DNA from: Gammaproteobacteria bacterium
Lineage (GTDB): Bacteria > Pseudomonadota > Gammaproteobacteria > JABABF01
Assembly (NCBI GenBank): GCA_965237805.1
Contig: OZ250153.1
Span: 608,001 to 672,000 of the forward strand
Length of the DNA: 64,000 bases
Reading direction: 5' to 3'
The notes beneath the pieces were generated by a model. The model was not told the origin of the DNA. It saw nothing but the letters and a program-made list of their open reading frames with translations, and did not search any database. Of the stretch, positions 1 through 10,997 are shown piece after piece. Made by a program: the position numbers and the translations under genes. The first letter of the stretch is position 1, and each line of letters starts with the position of its first letter.

Positions 1-748
1 CGACAATGTCGTGTACCGTGTAGTAAGGGTGGAAGGGGATGCCATCCAGCGGCACACCGCGCTCGTCCTTGTGCCGTTTGATCTCGACACCATCCGGGTT
101 CAGCGAGCCGACTTCGTGCAGCGCCAAAATGTGCAGAAAGACCATTGCCACCAGCATCAGCGGCACGGCCACAACATGCAAGGCGAAGAAGCGATTGAGC
201 GTGATGTCCGAGATCAGGTAGTCACCGCGCACCCACACCAGCAACGTCTCGCCGACCACAGGAATCGCCCCGAACAGCGAAACGATGACCTGCGCCCCCC
301 AGTAGGACATCTGTCCCCATGGCAAGACATAGCCCAAGAAACCCTCGGCGATCAACAAGACATAGATCAACATCCCGATCAGCCATAGCAACTCGCGCGG
401 CTTACGGTAGGAGCCATACATCAGGCCGCGGAACATGTGCAGGTAGACGATGATGAAAAAGGCCGAAGCACCGGTGGAATGCAGATAGCGAATCAGCCAA
501 CCAAACTCCACATCGCGCATGATGTACTCGATAGAGGAAAACGCATCGGATGCTGTCGGCCGGTAGTTCATCGTCAGCCAAATGCCAGTCAGCAGCTGCA
601 AGACCAGTATCAACAGTGCGAGCACACCAAAGAAATACCAAATATTGAAATTCTTCGGCGCGTAGTACTTGCCCAAATGGGTGTCCCAAGCGCGCTGTAT
701 TGGCAGGCGCTCATCCACCCAATCGCGCAGCTCCACCAGCCAGCGCAT
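1..748 (-). CDS. petB: Cytochrome b of the bc1 complex (partial, runs off window start)
   Basis: Manual translation from ATG 748: MRWLVELRDWVDERLP..YYAPKNFNIWYFFG..GWLIRYLHSTGAS..HMFRGLMYGSY..LPWGQMSYWGAQVI..LNRFFALH; directly downstream of Rieske gene. Confidence 0.96.
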   Translation of the reverse strand, partial: MRWLVELRDWVDERLPIQRAWDTHLGKYYAPKNFNIWYFFGVLALLILVLQLLTGIWLTMNYRPTASDAFSSIEYIMRDVEFGWLIRYLHSTGASAFFIIVYLHMFRGLMYGSYRKPRELLWLIGMLIYVLLIAEGFLGYVLPWGQMSYWGAQVIVSLFGAIPVVGETLLVWVRGDYLISDITLNRFFALHVVAVPLMLVAMVFLHILALHEVGSLNPDGVEIKRHKDERGVPLDGIPFHPYYTVHDIV

Positions 749-865
749 CAACACGGTGCAGTCCCTGTCTCAGCAGCACCAGTCGCTAGCAAGGCACTCC
801 AGACATCGTGCCCCTCCAGTGCAACGACAAGGCACCGCAAGCCCCCCCCCAGCTGCGCCATGATC

Positions 866-1546
866 TCAGGACACCACTTCGCCTGCGCTGAGCCCGATGA
901 TCAAACGACCATCTGGCTCATAGCGGTATGGCGGCACAACCAAATTGTTCGGTGCCGCTGGCACACCGCTGAACACCCGGCCTGAGAGATCGAAGCGCGA
1001 GCCGTGGCAGGGGCAGAAAAACCCCCCGACCCAATCGGAGCCCAAATCCTCCGGGGCGCGATCAGGGCGATATTTGACCGCGCAACCGAGATGGGTGCAA
1101 AGCCCAATCAAGATCAGAAACTCAGGCCTCAGGGCGCGCACCACACCAGTCACACGAATATAGTCCGGCTGATGGGGTCGAACGGATTGTGGGTCGGCCA
1201 ACTGCGGCTCCAGCTCGTTCAGCGTCGCCAGCTGAGCTTCGCTGCGGCGCAACACATAAATTGGCTTGCCGCGCCATTCGACAATGGTGATCTGTTCAGC
1301 TCGCAATTGGTCGACATCGAAGTGTGCCGGGGCACCGGCGGCGCGGGCACGGGCACTGGGCTGCCAAGAGGCAAGGAAAGGAATAGCGGCAGCACCGACC
1401 CCAGCCACACCGAGCGCAGAAGTGGAGGCGATCAAGAAGCGGCGGCGGCTATCGAGCGCGCCCTTGCGAAAACTCTCCCCGCGATCCCCTCGGTCGAGGT
1501 GGTCTCCAGCGCCAAAATGCTCGCTCACAGCACCCCCCACCCCCAA
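866..1546 (-). CDS. petA: Ubiquinol-cytochrome c reductase Rieske iron-sulfur subunit
   Basis: Tat motif SRRRFL, CTHLGC and CPCHGS Rieske boxes; start uncertain. Confidence 0.96.
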   Translation of the reverse strand: MGVGGAVSEHFGAGDHLDRGDRGESFRKGALDSRRRFLIASTSALGVAGVGAAAIPFLASWQPSARARAAGAPAHFDVDQLRAEQITIVEWRGKPIYVLRRSEAQLATLNELEPQLADPQSVRPHQPDYIRVTGVVRALRPEFLILIGLCTHLGCAVKYRPDRAPEDLGSDWVGGFFCPCHGSRFDLSGRVFSGVPAAPNNLVVPPYRYEPDGRLIIGLSAGEVVS

Positions 1547-1650
1547 ACACCGAGTACAGCCACAGTTGAACAGCCCCCCGCCGCCATTCGACTCAAGCGG
1601 CGGCTGCCCAGCATACTGGCTACCGTATGGACTGCTTCGGTCTGAATGGC

Positions 1651-2082
1651 TTAGCGCTTCGAGAACTGTGGTCGCTTGCGAGCCTTGCGCAAACCGACCT
1701 TCTTGCGCTCGACCTCACGTGCATCACGGGTCACATAACCCTCTTTCCGCAAGGGCTGGCGCCACGATTCGTCAAATTGAATCAGGGCGCGGGTGATGCC
1801 ATGGCGCAACGCGCCAGCTTGAGCGAAACTGCCACCACCAGACACTGTGGCCAAACAGTTAAAACGGTTACCCACACCGAGCAGCTCCAAAGGCTGGCGC
1901 ACCAACATGCGCGCCACTTCACGGCCGAAATAGTCGTCCAAGCTACGTGAGTTGACAGTGATTTCGCCGTTGCCAAGGCGCAGGAAGACACGCGCCGTGG
2001 CCGTCTTGCGCCGCCCGGTGCCGTAGGCGCTCTCGCGCGGTGCAGACGACACAGTGCTCAGGGAATTTTCAGAGGATGACAT
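1651..2082 (-). CDS. rpsI: 30S ribosomal protein S9
   Basis: [13 protein letters not shown]...[25 protein letters not shown]; start re-picked at ATG 2082. Confidence 0.97.
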   Translation of the reverse strand: MSSSENSLSTVSSAPRESAYGTGRRKTATARVFLRLGNGEITVNSRSLDDYFGREVARMLVRQPLELLGVGNRFNCLATVSGGGSFAQAGALRHGITRALIQFDESWRQPLRKEGYVTRDAREVERKKVGLRKARKRPQFSKR

Positions 2083-2110
2083 AGCAGGGTGTGACCTCAA
2101 ATGCAGACGG

Positions 2111-2551
2111 CTAGAGCGCCAACGCCTCGGGGCGCTGCGCCACATGCGGGTGCTCGGCACCAGCATAGATACGCAGCTTGCGCAACATCTGGCGTCCCAG
2201 CGGGGTGCGCGGCAACATGCCCCGCACCGCACGACGGATCAGCTCTTCCGGGCGACGGTCGAGCAGCTGCTCAAAGCGCAAGGTCTTCAGGCCACCTGGG
2301 TAGCCGCTGTGACGGTAGTAACGCTTGGCCCTCAGCTTATTGCCAGTCAGCTGCACCGCGCTGGCATTGATGACAATGATGTGGTCGCCAGTATCCACAT
2401 GCGGGGTGTACTCTGGCTTGTGCTTACCGCGCAGGCGGTGGGCGACACCGGCGGCAAGCCGCCCCAACACATGTTGCCGCGCATCAATGACATACCAACG
2501 CTGCGGCACTTCGCCGGGCTTGGCATGGTAGGTGCGTATCGACTTGATCAT
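2111..2551 (-). CDS. rplM: 50S ribosomal protein L13
   Basis: [40 protein letters not shown]; upstream of rpsI. Confidence 0.97.
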   Translation of the reverse strand: MIKSIRTYHAKPGEVPQRWYVIDARQHVLGRLAAGVAHRLRGKHKPEYTPHVDTGDHIIVINASAVQLTGNKLRAKRYYRHSGYPGGLKTLRFEQLLDRRPEELIRRAVRGMLPRTPLGRQMLRKLRIYAGAEHPHVAQRPEALAL

Positions 2552-2690
2552 GGGTGCTGAAGACTGCGCAACACGCGGATAAGGAGATGCCCGCAAAACT
2601 CCCATATTGTGCCACAGTGCAGGTTACGGGCGCAAGGGAGCGCTGGCAGAAAAGATATCTCAACGGTGGCATATCGCCCTTAGCAATCGC

Positions 2691-2719
2691 TTGCGAGCGA
2701 GGGTGACACGGCCTAAAAT
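2691..2719 (+). promoter_or_regulatory. Putative sigma70 promoter of tRNA-Gln
   Basis: TTGCGA-N17-TAAAAT ending 9 nt before the tRNA 5' end. Confidence 0.6.
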
Positions 2720-2728
2720 TACTTGCGA

Positions 2729-2802
2729 TGGGGGATCGTTCAACGGTAGGACTGCGGACTCTGACTCCGCCAATGGTGGTTCGAATCCACCTCCCCCAGC
2801 CA
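2729..2802 (+). tRNA. tRNA-Gln (anticodon CTG)
   Basis: Acceptor TGGGGGA/TCCCCCA + G-CCA; anticodon arm GCGGA-CT-CTG-AC-TCCGC; T arm GGTGG-TTCGAAT-CCACC. Confidence 0.96.
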
Positions 2803-2993
2803 GCGGATTAGCGCATCGCCTCAGGCGGGCATCAGCTACCGCAGACAGCACAAAGCGAGCTGCGTCAACAGCTGCTTCTGACACCGCCAGCGTTGCGGCC
2901 AATCTGCTGGTGAGTCCAAGTCTGGCGGAATGATCCGCAGCTGCAAATCTGCCGCCAAGTGTGCTGCAAACACCGATTAGCTATAATTCCGCC

Positions 2994-4709
2994 ATGCGCG
3001 TTACCAGCTACTTTCTCCCCACGCAACGCGAAGCGCCAGCCGATGCCAAAGCCGCGAGCCATCGGCTGATGTTGCGCGCCGGATTGGTGCGGCAATTGGC
3101 CTCCGGACTCTACACTTGGCTACCGCTGGGCCACCGGGTATTGCGGCGCGTCGAGACCGTGGTGCGCGAAGAAATGGATCGCGTCGGTGCCTTGGAATTG
3201 CTGATGCCGGTGGTGCAGCCCACTGAATTGTGGCGGCGCTCTGGGCGGCGTGACGACTACGGTGCAGAGTTGCTGAGCTTCTTAGACCGACATAATCAAG
3301 AATACTGCCTCGGTCCGACCCACGAAGAAGTGATCACGATGCTGGTCGGGCAAGAGCTGTCCAGCTACCGTCAGCTGCCACTCAATCTCTACCAGATCGG
3401 CACGAAATTCCGCGACGAGATTCGCCCGCGTTTCGGGGTCATGCGGGCGCGCGAATTCCTGATGAAAGACGCCTATTCCTTCCACCGCGACCCAGACTGC
3501 CTCGCACGCTGTTACCGCGAGATGCACGATGCCTACTGTCGTATCTTCACCCGCCTCGGCCTTGACTTCCGTGTGGTCGAGGCCGATAGCGGTCAGATCG
3601 GCGGTGCCGTATCGCATGAATTCCAAGTGTTGGCCGCAGCGGGCGAGAACGCCATCGCCATCGACCCGAACAGCGACTACGCTGTCGCCGCCGACATCGC
3701 CCCCTGCCCCGCCAACGGTGACGCGCCACCGCCACACGATGCGCTACGGGCAGTAGATACAGCAGATTGCCACAACATCGACGCCCTGTGCGAACGGCTC
3801 GGTGTCGCGCCGGAGCGCATACTCAAGCTGCTGGTAGTCGCGGCCGAAGACGGCTCTGCCACCGCGCTGTTGCTACGTGGTGACCACACGCTGAGCGCCG
3901 CCAAAGCGGCCAGAGCCACCGCGCTCAGCAACCCATTGCGCTTCATCGGCGAAGCAGAACTGCGCTCGCACCATGGGCTGGAACCGGGTGTGCTCGGGCC
4001 GATCGGCCTGCAGCTACCGATAATCGTCGACCACGCCGCCGCCGAACTGGCAGATTTTGTCTGCGGTGCCAACCGCAAGGGACAGCATTACACAGGTGCC
4101 AATTGGGGACGCGATGCCCCGCTCCCTCCCCGCGCCGACCTGCGTTGCGCCAGCGACGGTTGCACCGCCCCCAACGGCAACGCATTGCAGCTCAAACGGG
4201 GAATTGAGGTCGGGCACATTTTTCAGCTGGGGTCAAAATACAGCGCGGCGATGGAGGCTCAGCTCAGCGCCGAGGACGGCTCCCTTTTCCACCCTCATAT
4301 GGGGTGCTATGGCATCGGTATCAGCCGTATTGTAGCTGCCGCAATCGAGCAGCACCACAGCGATTCTGGCATCCAGTGGTCAGAAGCGATGGCACCCTTC
4401 CAAGTCGCCATGATCGCCTTAGGCAACCACCACTCCCAGGCCGTCGCCGACGCCGCTGAGCGACTCTACAGCCAGCTCGAGGAGCACAGCATCAGTGTAT
4501 TATTTGACGATCGCGACGAGCGTCCTGGCGTAAAGTTTGCCGACATGGAATTGATCGGGCTGCCACATCTTGTCATCATCGGCGAGCGCAATCTCAGCAA
4601 AGGAATGATCGAGTACCGGCGACGCGGTGGCGAAGAGCGCGCCATTCCCTGCGAGCAGGCTGCGGCTCAACTCATCGCCCAGCTGGGCGATGCCGGGCGA
4701 GCCGCATGA
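2994..4709 (+). CDS. proS: Proline--tRNA ligase
   Basis: SHRLMLRAG, LGPTHEE, KFRDEIRPRFGVMRAREFLMKDAYSF, GIEVGHIFQLG, MGCYGIG. Confidence 0.98.
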   Translation: MRVTSYFLPTQREAPADAKAASHRLMLRAGLVRQLASGLYTWLPLGHRVLRRVETVVREEMDRVGALELLMPVVQPTELWRRSGRRDDYGAELLSFLDRHNQEYCLGPTHEEVITMLVGQELSSYRQLPLNLYQIGTKFRDEIRPRFGVMRAREFLMKDAYSFHRDPDCLARCYREMHDAYCRIFTRLGLDFRVVEADSGQIGGAVSHEFQVLAAAGENAIAIDPNSDYAVAADIAPCPANGDAPPPHDALRAVDTADCHNIDALCERLGVAPERILKLLVVAAEDGSATALLLRGDHTLSAAKAARATALSNPLRFIGEAELRSHHGLEPGVLGPIGLQLPIIVDHAAAELADFVCGANRKGQHYTGANWGRDAPLPPRADLRCASDGCTAPNGNALQLKRGIEVGHIFQLGSKYSAAMEAQLSAEDGSLFHPHMGCYGIGISRIVAAAIEQHHSDSGIQWSEAMAPFQVAMIALGNHHSQAVADAAERLYSQLEEHSISVLFDDRDERPGVKFADMELIGLPHLVIIGERNLSKGMIEYRRRGGEERAIPCEQAAAQLIAQLGDAGRAA

Positions 4710-6148
4710 GGCGGCACTGCGCCGGGGCGCTGCTGAGTGTCTATCTGTTATTGCCCGGTGCCGTACTGGGCGCAGCGCAGCTCGCACCGGAACGGGCACC
4801 ACCTTCACCCTGCCACCACAATGTGCCCGACATCACACTGTCATTGGAAGAATTACAGCAACGGGCAGATGACGGCGACCACCTAGCCCCCTGCTTGATC
4901 GGCCTCAAATACTTGCTCGGTCGCGGTGTAGAGGCGGATGCCGACAAAGCGGCCAAATGGCTGCGGCAGGGAGTCAAAGGCCTCTCGTCCAAGAATCCAG
5001 GCGCGGTGGCCAGCAGCTATTACTTGGGGCAAATGACCATCAGGGGGCAGGGGGGGATCGCTGCTGACCCCATCGCGGGCACCGCTATGGTCCGCCGGGC
5101 GGCGCAGCTTGGGCATCTGCCAGCACAGCTCCACATCGGCGTATTGCTAGCACAGGGACTGGGTGTGGACGCCGACCCTGAGGCGGCGATCAGTTGGTAC
5201 CGCCGCGCCGCTGAGCGGGACTATGCCCCGGCGATGTTCTACTTGGCGGGGGCCAACGAGCGCGGTATCGGCACCGAAAAGGATCTCAAGAAAGCGGCCG
5301 AGTGGAACCGACGAGCCGCCGAGCTGGGGCTGCCCGAAGGGCAATTCAATACCGGCATGAACTATCTGCACGGGCAAGGCGTCGAGCAGAATCCAGCGAC
5401 CGCTGTGCAGTGGTTCCAAGAAGCGGCGCGACGAGGTTTGCAACAAGCCGAGGATATGCTGATACAGCTGGGGAGGGGCAAAGTCAGTGCGACGGCAACG
5501 GTCGCTGAGGCCAAGGGCAGCGGGGATGCCAGCGTCACCGCTACAGCGCACACTGCCAAGCCGACCACCACCCCGCCGCCACCGCCGCAGTCGATCAAAC
5601 CGCATCGCAGTGCGCCCGCCATGCCACCGACACATCCCGCACCACCCCAGCGACACGATGCAGAATTGTTGCAACAAGCTCTGAAACTGCTACAGGCAGA
5701 TGAGCAAGACCGCAAATCGGCCGATGCCTCCGCTTTCCAAATCCTGTCCACGCTGGCGGCCAAAGACCAGCCTGCACCCCAGTTCTATCTCGGCTCACTC
5801 CACCAGCTAGGACGCGGCACAGTAGCCGACCCCCGCATGGCGATATATTGGTACCAGCGCGCCGCATGGGCGGGAGTGCCCGAAGCACAGCACGGCCTTG
5901 CCATGCTGTTCGCAGCTGGCACAGGTCACCCGCAAAACTCGCTCGAAGCCTATATATGGCTGTCCTTGGCGGTGGCGATCAAAGATGACGACAAGTGGCG
6001 CGAGCAGCGCGACGCCATCGCGACGCAGCTATCTCCCGCCACCCGCGAGCAGTTGCAGCTAGAGTCTCAGCGTCGCTGGCATAAAATCTTGGGGGACGAT
6101 ACCGAGCAAGCGGCGGCGCAGCCCCCGGCAGCTGAGCTATCCCAATAG
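4706..6148 (+). CDS. Exported Sel1-like repeat protein with Pro-rich linker
   Basis: Signal-like N-terminus; repeated A(Q/M)xxLGxxxxxGxGxxxDxxxAxxWYxxAA units on both sides of PTTTPPPPPQ; ATGA overlap with proS stop. Confidence 0.88.
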   Translation: MRRHCAGALLSVYLLLPGAVLGAAQLAPERAPPSPCHHNVPDITLSLEELQQRADDGDHLAPCLIGLKYLLGRGVEADADKAAKWLRQGVKGLSSKNPGAVASSYYLGQMTIRGQGGIAADPIAGTAMVRRAAQLGHLPAQLHIGVLLAQGLGVDADPEAAISWYRRAAERDYAPAMFYLAGANERGIGTEKDLKKAAEWNRRAAELGLPEGQFNTGMNYLHGQGVEQNPATAVQWFQEAARRGLQQAEDMLIQLGRGKVSATATVAEAKGSGDASVTATAHTAKPTTTPPPPPQSIKPHRSAPAMPPTHPAPPQRHDAELLQQALKLLQADEQDRKSADASAFQILSTLAAKDQPAPQFYLGSLHQLGRGTVADPRMAIYWYQRAAWAGVPEAQHGLAMLFAAGTGHPQNSLEAYIWLSLAVAIKDDDKWREQRDAIATQLSPATREQLQLESQRRWHKILGDDTEQAAAQPPAAELSQ

Positions 6149-6169
6149 CGCAAGACAGCGGCGCGGCAG

Positions 6170-8884
6170 TCAATCGCTCGGCTTGTCTCCATCCAAGCGA
6201 CGACGCAGCTGGTACAGGCTCTCCAGTGCCGTGCGCGGCGTCAGGTCATCCAAAGCCAAGGCACGCAACTCCGCCAGCACCGCCGCCGCTACACGATCCT
6301 CGGCACTCGCCGCCTCGTCGCCGCTCCCGCTACCGGCTCCCGCCGCACCATCACCGCCGAGCGCTGCCACCGCCACGCTGTCACCGACAAAAAGATCGCG
6401 TTGCGCCTTGAGTGCGCCTGATGATGCCGCATACTCCTCAAGTTGCGCTAATTTGGCGCTCGCCTGCTCCAACACTGGCGACGGCACCCCAGCAAGGCGC
6501 GCCACCTGCAAACCGTAGCTGCGATTGGCTGGCCCCTCTTGGAGGTCGTAGAGAAAGACAACATCATCGCCGTGCTCCACCGCCCGCAGGTGCACATTGG
6601 CCGCCTCGTGGCATTGCACGGACAGCATCGTCAATTCGAAGTAATGAGTCGCGAATAGCGTGAAAGCCCGGATCTGTTCGACCAAATAACGCGCCGCTGC
6701 CCAAGCAAGAGCTAAACCGTCAAAGGTGCTGGTGCCGCGACCAATTTCATCCATCAGCACCAAACTGCGGTCGGTCGCATTGTGCAGAATGGCAGCAGTC
6801 TCGGTCATCTCTACCATAAAAGTGGAGCGCCCACCAACCAAGTCATCCGAAGAGCCGATGCGGGTGAAGATGCGGTCCAACAGTGGCAAGCGCGCCGAGG
6901 AAGCCGGCACGCAACTGCCAATGTGCGCCAGCAGAGCCACTAGTGCTGCTTGGCGCATATAGGTGGACTTTCCACCCATGTTGGGGCCAGTGACGATCAG
7001 CAAGCGGCGACCGTCGCCGAGCTGGAGGTCATTGGGCACAAACTGCTGTCCCGCACCGCTCGCCTGCAGCTCGGCCTCCACCACCGGATGCCTCACGGCG
7101 CGCAACTGGATGCCTTCGTCCGGCGCGACGAATTGCGGTCGACACCAACCACCCTGCCCCGCCCGGTCGGCGAAACTGGCCAGCACATCAATCTCGGCCA
7201 GCGCTGCCGCCAGCTGTTGCAAGCCAGCCAGCGGCTCGCGCAAACGCTCCAGCAAAGCCTCGTACAGCTGCCGCTCTCGCGCCAGTGCTCGACTGCGCGA
7301 TCCCAGCACGCGGTTTTCCAAGGTCTTGAGTTCTGGCGTGATGTAGCGCTCGACGTGTTTGAGCGTCTGGCGGCGCACATAGTCTGCGGGCGCCTGCTCG
7401 GCCTGACTGCGAGGCAGCTCCAAATAAAAGCCATGCACCCGGTTGTAACCAGTGCGCAGTGCGCCGAGGCCAGTGCGCTGGCGCTCCCGCTCCTCCAGCT
7501 CGCCCAACACGCAGGCAACATCGCCACCGAGTTGACGTAGCTCGTCTAACTCTGCATCGTAACCCGCGGCGATAACACCACCGTCGCGCAGGGTGGCCGG
7601 CACCGGCACCGCCAGCGCCCGCTCGAGCAATTCGCGCTCCTGTGGGAACTCTATCACCGCCGCGCGCAACTCGGCGAGGCGACCATCTGCTTGCGGCACA
7701 GCCTCGCGCACCGCCCCGACAACGGCCAAGGCTTCGCCGAGCCGTGCCAAATCACGCGGTCTGGCACTGCCCAAGGCAATGCGGCTCAAGATGCGCTCCA
7801 AATCTCCCACTGCGCCCAGTGTCTCCGCTACAGCTTTGTGGTATAGACCCTCCAACAGAGCAACCACCGCCTGTTGACGCGCCTCGAGCTGGCTGCGATC
7901 GCGCAGTGGCCGCAGTAGCCAACGGCGCAACAAGCGCGCACCCATCGGTGTCGAGCTGCGATCCAAGACCCGTAGCAGTGTGCCCTCCCGACCGCCGGAC
8001 AGGCTGGTATCCAGCTCGAGGTTGCGGCACGTGGCTTGATCGAGTAGCACGCTGTCCGAACAGCGCTCATGCACCAAGCCACGCAGATGCGGCAACGCAC
8101 CGCGCTGAGTCTCTCGCACATAGCGTAGTAGACAGCCCGCAGCTCCTAAGGCCAGATCCAAATCTCCGACATCGAATCCATCCAAGGAGTGGGTGCGGAA
8201 CTGCCGCAACAGCTCAGATTCGGCTCGTTGGCGGTCGAAGTCCAAGGCCGGACGAAATCGTGGCTCCGGAACTGCTGCCAGCACCGTCGGTGGCAGCTCG
8301 GTGCGCTCGGGTAACAGCAGCTCGGCCGGGCGCAGGCGTTGCAGTTCAGCGGCCAGAGCAGCTGGGGCATCCACTTCCGAAACGGTGAAGCGCCCACCCG
8401 CCAAATCGAGGCTGGCAATACCACAACGCCCATCGGTCCGCGGCAACAGTGCCACCAACAGATTGTCTTGCCCCGCATCCAGCATCGCCTCATCACTGAG
8501 TGTGCCGGGCGTGACAATGCGCACCACTTGGCGCTCCATCGGCCCGCGTTGCACTGGGTCGCCGAGCTGCTCGCAGATGGCCACCGATTCGCCAGCTTGC
8601 ACCAATTTGACCAAATAGCCTTCCACTGAGTGCACTGGCACTCCCGCCATCGGCACGGCATTGCCACCCGAGCTCCCACGCTGAGTCAGGGCAATATCCA
8701 ACAGCTGCGCAGCGCGCTGGGCATCGGCATAAAACAGCTCGTAGAAGTCCCCCATCCGATAGAGCAACAAATGATCGGGGTGCTGTGCCTTGATGCCGAG
8801 ATATTGGCGGATCATCGGCGTGTGCGCAGCGCCACCTCCGGCGCTATTGCCGACGGCAGAGGAGGCGGGAACGCTGGCAGACAT
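6170..8884 (-). CDS. mutS: DNA mismatch repair protein MutS
   Basis: [51 protein letters not shown]. Confidence 0.98.
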   Translation of the reverse strand: MSASVPASSAVGNSAGGGAAHTPMIRQYLGIKAQHPDHLLLYRMGDFYELFYADAQRAAQLLDIALTQRGSSGGNAVPMAGVPVHSVEGYLVKLVQAGESVAICEQLGDPVQRGPMERQVVRIVTPGTLSDEAMLDAGQDNLLVALLPRTDGRCGIASLDLAGGRFTVSEVDAPAALAAELQRLRPAELLLPERTELPPTVLAAVPEPRFRPALDFDRQRAESELLRQFRTHSLDGFDVGDLDLALGAAGCLLRYVRETQRGALPHLRGLVHERCSDSVLLDQATCRNLELDTSLSGGREGTLLRVLDRSSTPMGARLLRRWLLRPLRDRSQLEARQQAVVALLEGLYHKAVAETLGAVGDLERILSRIALGSARPRDLARLGEALAVVGAVREAVPQADGRLAELRAAVIEFPQERELLERALAVPVPATLRDGGVIAAGYDAELDELRQLGGDVACVLGELEERERQRTGLGALRTGYNRVHGFYLELPRSQAEQAPADYVRRQTLKHVERYITPELKTLENRVLGSRSRALARERQLYEALLERLREPLAGLQQLAAALAEIDVLASFADRAGQGGWCRPQFVAPDEGIQLRAVRHPVVEAELQASGAGQQFVPNDLQLGDGRRLLIVTGPNMGGKSTYMRQAALVALLAHIGSCVPASSARLPLLDRIFTRIGSSDDLVGGRSTFMVEMTETAAILHNATDRSLVLMDEIGRGTSTFDGLALAWAAARYLVEQIRAFTLFATHYFELTMLSVQCHEAANVHLRAVEHGDDVVFLYDLQEGPANRSYGLQVARLAGVPSPVLEQASAKLAQLEEYAASSGALKAQRDLFVGDSVAVAALGGDGAAGAGSGSGDEAASAEDRVAAAVLAELRALALDDLTPRTALESLYQLRRRLDGDKPSD

Positions 8885-8983
8885 CGTGGTATTTTAACTA
8901 AAACACGCCAACCCCCCAATAGCCGAACAAGCGGCCTGCCCATATAATGACGGTAGGCCGCGTCGGAGACCGCATTGGCCACC

Positions 8984-9808
8984 ATGACAAGTATCGCACC
9001 GGCATCGGCAGGTGCTGGCGACAGCGGAGACGATCCACTTTTCCCGCCGCCGAAAATATTGCGCCCAGACGGCGACCCGCGCCTGTTGTTGGTCGCCGAC
9101 CACGCTAGCAGCCATATCCCGGCACGCTACCAAAACTTGGGGCTTCCCAGCCGGGAATCACCAGATCACTGGGTCGTGGATCTCGGCACCGAGACCCTGT
9201 GCCACACGCTGTCGGAGCACCTCGACATCCCCGCTGTGCTGTGTTCGGTGTCACGCCTCGTGATCGACTGCAACCGCGACCCAGACAACGATCCCGACTG
9301 TATTCGCACAGAGCTCGAGACGGGTGAAGAAGTGCCCGGCAATAGGGAGCTCGACGCTGCCGAACGCGGTCGGCGGCGCCAATATTTTGAGTGTTATCAC
9401 AACGCGATCACGGCATTATTAGAGCAACTCGGCAGACGCTTGGGGCAGGCGACGGCACTGCTGTCCGCACACTCTTTTTCCCCCCACATCGGTGACGAGG
9501 TCAGGCAGCTGGACATCGGCGTCCTGTGGCGCGACAACCGTCGCATGGCAGCGGCTATGATGGCGGCGCTAGAGCACTGTGAACAACGGCCCGACGGTGT
9601 CGAGCTGCGTGAGAACGAGCCCTATTCTGCTTATGAGATGGCCTACACCATGGCACGCCACGAAGTCGGCCTTGGACGACTCGGCTGCGCTTGGGAAATT
9701 CGCCAAGATCACCTCGGCGCGGCGACCGCACCACGCTGGATCAACTACTTGGTGACAGCGCTGGAACAATGCCGAGAACAGCTGCCTAAGCTGCAACTCG
9801 ATCGCTGA
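8984..9808 (+). CDS. N-formylglutamate amidohydrolase family protein
   Basis: LLVADHAS, SRLVIDCNR, YHNAI, HSFSP, ENEPYS, EIRQD motifs. Confidence 0.88.
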   Translation: MTSIAPASAGAGDSGDDPLFPPPKILRPDGDPRLLLVADHASSHIPARYQNLGLPSRESPDHWVVDLGTETLCHTLSEHLDIPAVLCSVSRLVIDCNRDPDNDPDCIRTELETGEEVPGNRELDAAERGRRRQYFECYHNAITALLEQLGRRLGQATALLSAHSFSPHIGDEVRQLDIGVLWRDNRRMAAAMMAALEHCEQRPDGVELRENEPYSAYEMAYTMARHEVGLGRLGCAWEIRQDHLGAATAPRWINYLVTALEQCREQLPKLQLDR

Positions 9809-9824
9809 GCGAGCACGGCAATTC

Positions 9825-10997
9825 ATGCCCACCCTGACCGCACCATCGCTCAGCATCGGTATCGAAGAGGAATACCTCTTGGTCTCGGCGGACAGCTTGG
9901 CGCTAGTCAGCGAACCACCGGCAGCCTTCGTCAAGGAATGCACCAAACGCTTGCCGAACCGCATCAGTCACGAGCTGCTGATGTGCCAAATCGAGGTCAA
10001 AACATCGGTGTGTGGCGATGTGGCGGCAGCCGGGCGCGAACTCGGTGCCATGCGCGCAACCATCGTGGAGATCGCCACCTGCTACGGCATGCGCATCATG
10101 GCTGCTGGCACCCACCCTTTCAGCGCTTGGGAGGACCAGAAGATCTGGCCCAACGCCCGTTATGCGGACATCCTAGAGCAGATGCAGCAACTGGCTCAGC
10201 GTGCCGTCATCTGCGGAGTGCATATCCATCTCGCGGTGGAGGACGAATCCGTGCGCATTGATCTGCAGAATCAATTGCGCTATTTCCTGCCACATCTGAC
10301 CGCTTTCAGCTGCTCGTCACCACTGTGGGATGGGCGCGACACCGGCCTGATGTCCTACCGCAGTGAGATATTCGGTGCCTTACCGCGTACCGGCATACCG
10401 CCGCTATTTGCCTCTTGGGACGACTACCAGCGCCAAGTTGAATTGCTACAGCGACTGGGTTTGATTGAGGATGCCTCGCGACTATGGTGGTCGCTGCGCC
10501 CCAGCGCCCGCTATCCGACGCTGGAATTGCGTTGCCTTGATGCCTGCCCGCTGCTCGAGGACACGCTGAGTATCACCGCGCTCTACCAATGCCTCACACA
10601 CTGGCTCTACCATCTGCGCGCATCCCAGCTGCGCTTACGTGACTACTCGTCGGTGCTGATCGGGGAAAACCAATGGCGTGCCGTGCGCCACGGTTTGGAG
10701 CGAGGGCTGGTGGATTTCGGGGGCGGCAAAGTGCTGTCGGCGACTGAGCTGACCGATCAGCTGCTAGACCGTTTGAGCGACAGCGCCGAGGCACTGGGCT
10801 GCCGTGCCGAGCTGGAGGGGCTACGCAACATCGTCGAGCGCGGCAACAGCGCCCAGCGCCAGCGCAGCTGCCTACAAGTAGCGCTCGAGCGTGGCGACAG
10901 TGAACAGACAGCGCTACGCGAAGTGGGGCGCATGCTGGCAGACGAAACAGCGGCGGCTACCGATGCGCTGAACACATCAGCCCATGCCGAGCAGTGA
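9825..10997 (+). CDS. ybdK: Carboxylate-amine ligase (YbdK / glutamate-cysteine ligase family 2)
   Basis: SIGIEEEY, AAGTHPF, ICGVHIH, SSPLWDGRDTGLMSYR, WWSLRPSARYPTLELR. Confidence 0.9.
   Translation: MPTLTAPSLSIGIEEEYLLVSADSLALVSEPPAAFVKECTKRLPNRISHELLMCQIEVKTSVCGDVAAAGRELGAMRATIVEIATCYGMRIMAAGTHPFSAWEDQKIWPNARYADILEQMQQLAQRAVICGVHIHLAVEDESVRIDLQNQLRYFLPHLTAFSCSSPLWDGRDTGLMSYRSEIFGALPRTGIPPLFASWDDYQRQVELLQRLGLIEDASRLWWSLRPSARYPTLELRCLDACPLLEDTLSITALYQCLTHWLYHLRASQLRLRDYSSVLIGENQWRAVRHGLERGLVDFGGGKVLSATELTDQLLDRLSDSAEALGCRAELEGLRNIVERGNSAQRQRSCLQVALERGDSEQTALREVGRMLADETAAATDALNTSAHAEQ

Noticed and set aside
842-850. C9 homopolymer between petA and petB as a phase-variation switch
   Set aside because: An in-frame TGA lies 8 codons upstream of the petB ATG, so slippage cannot fuse the upstream ATG to petB
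2729-2993. tRNA-Gln as an integration site for a genomic island
   Set aside because: No integrase follows, I saw no duplicated tRNA 3' end, and proS is directly downstream
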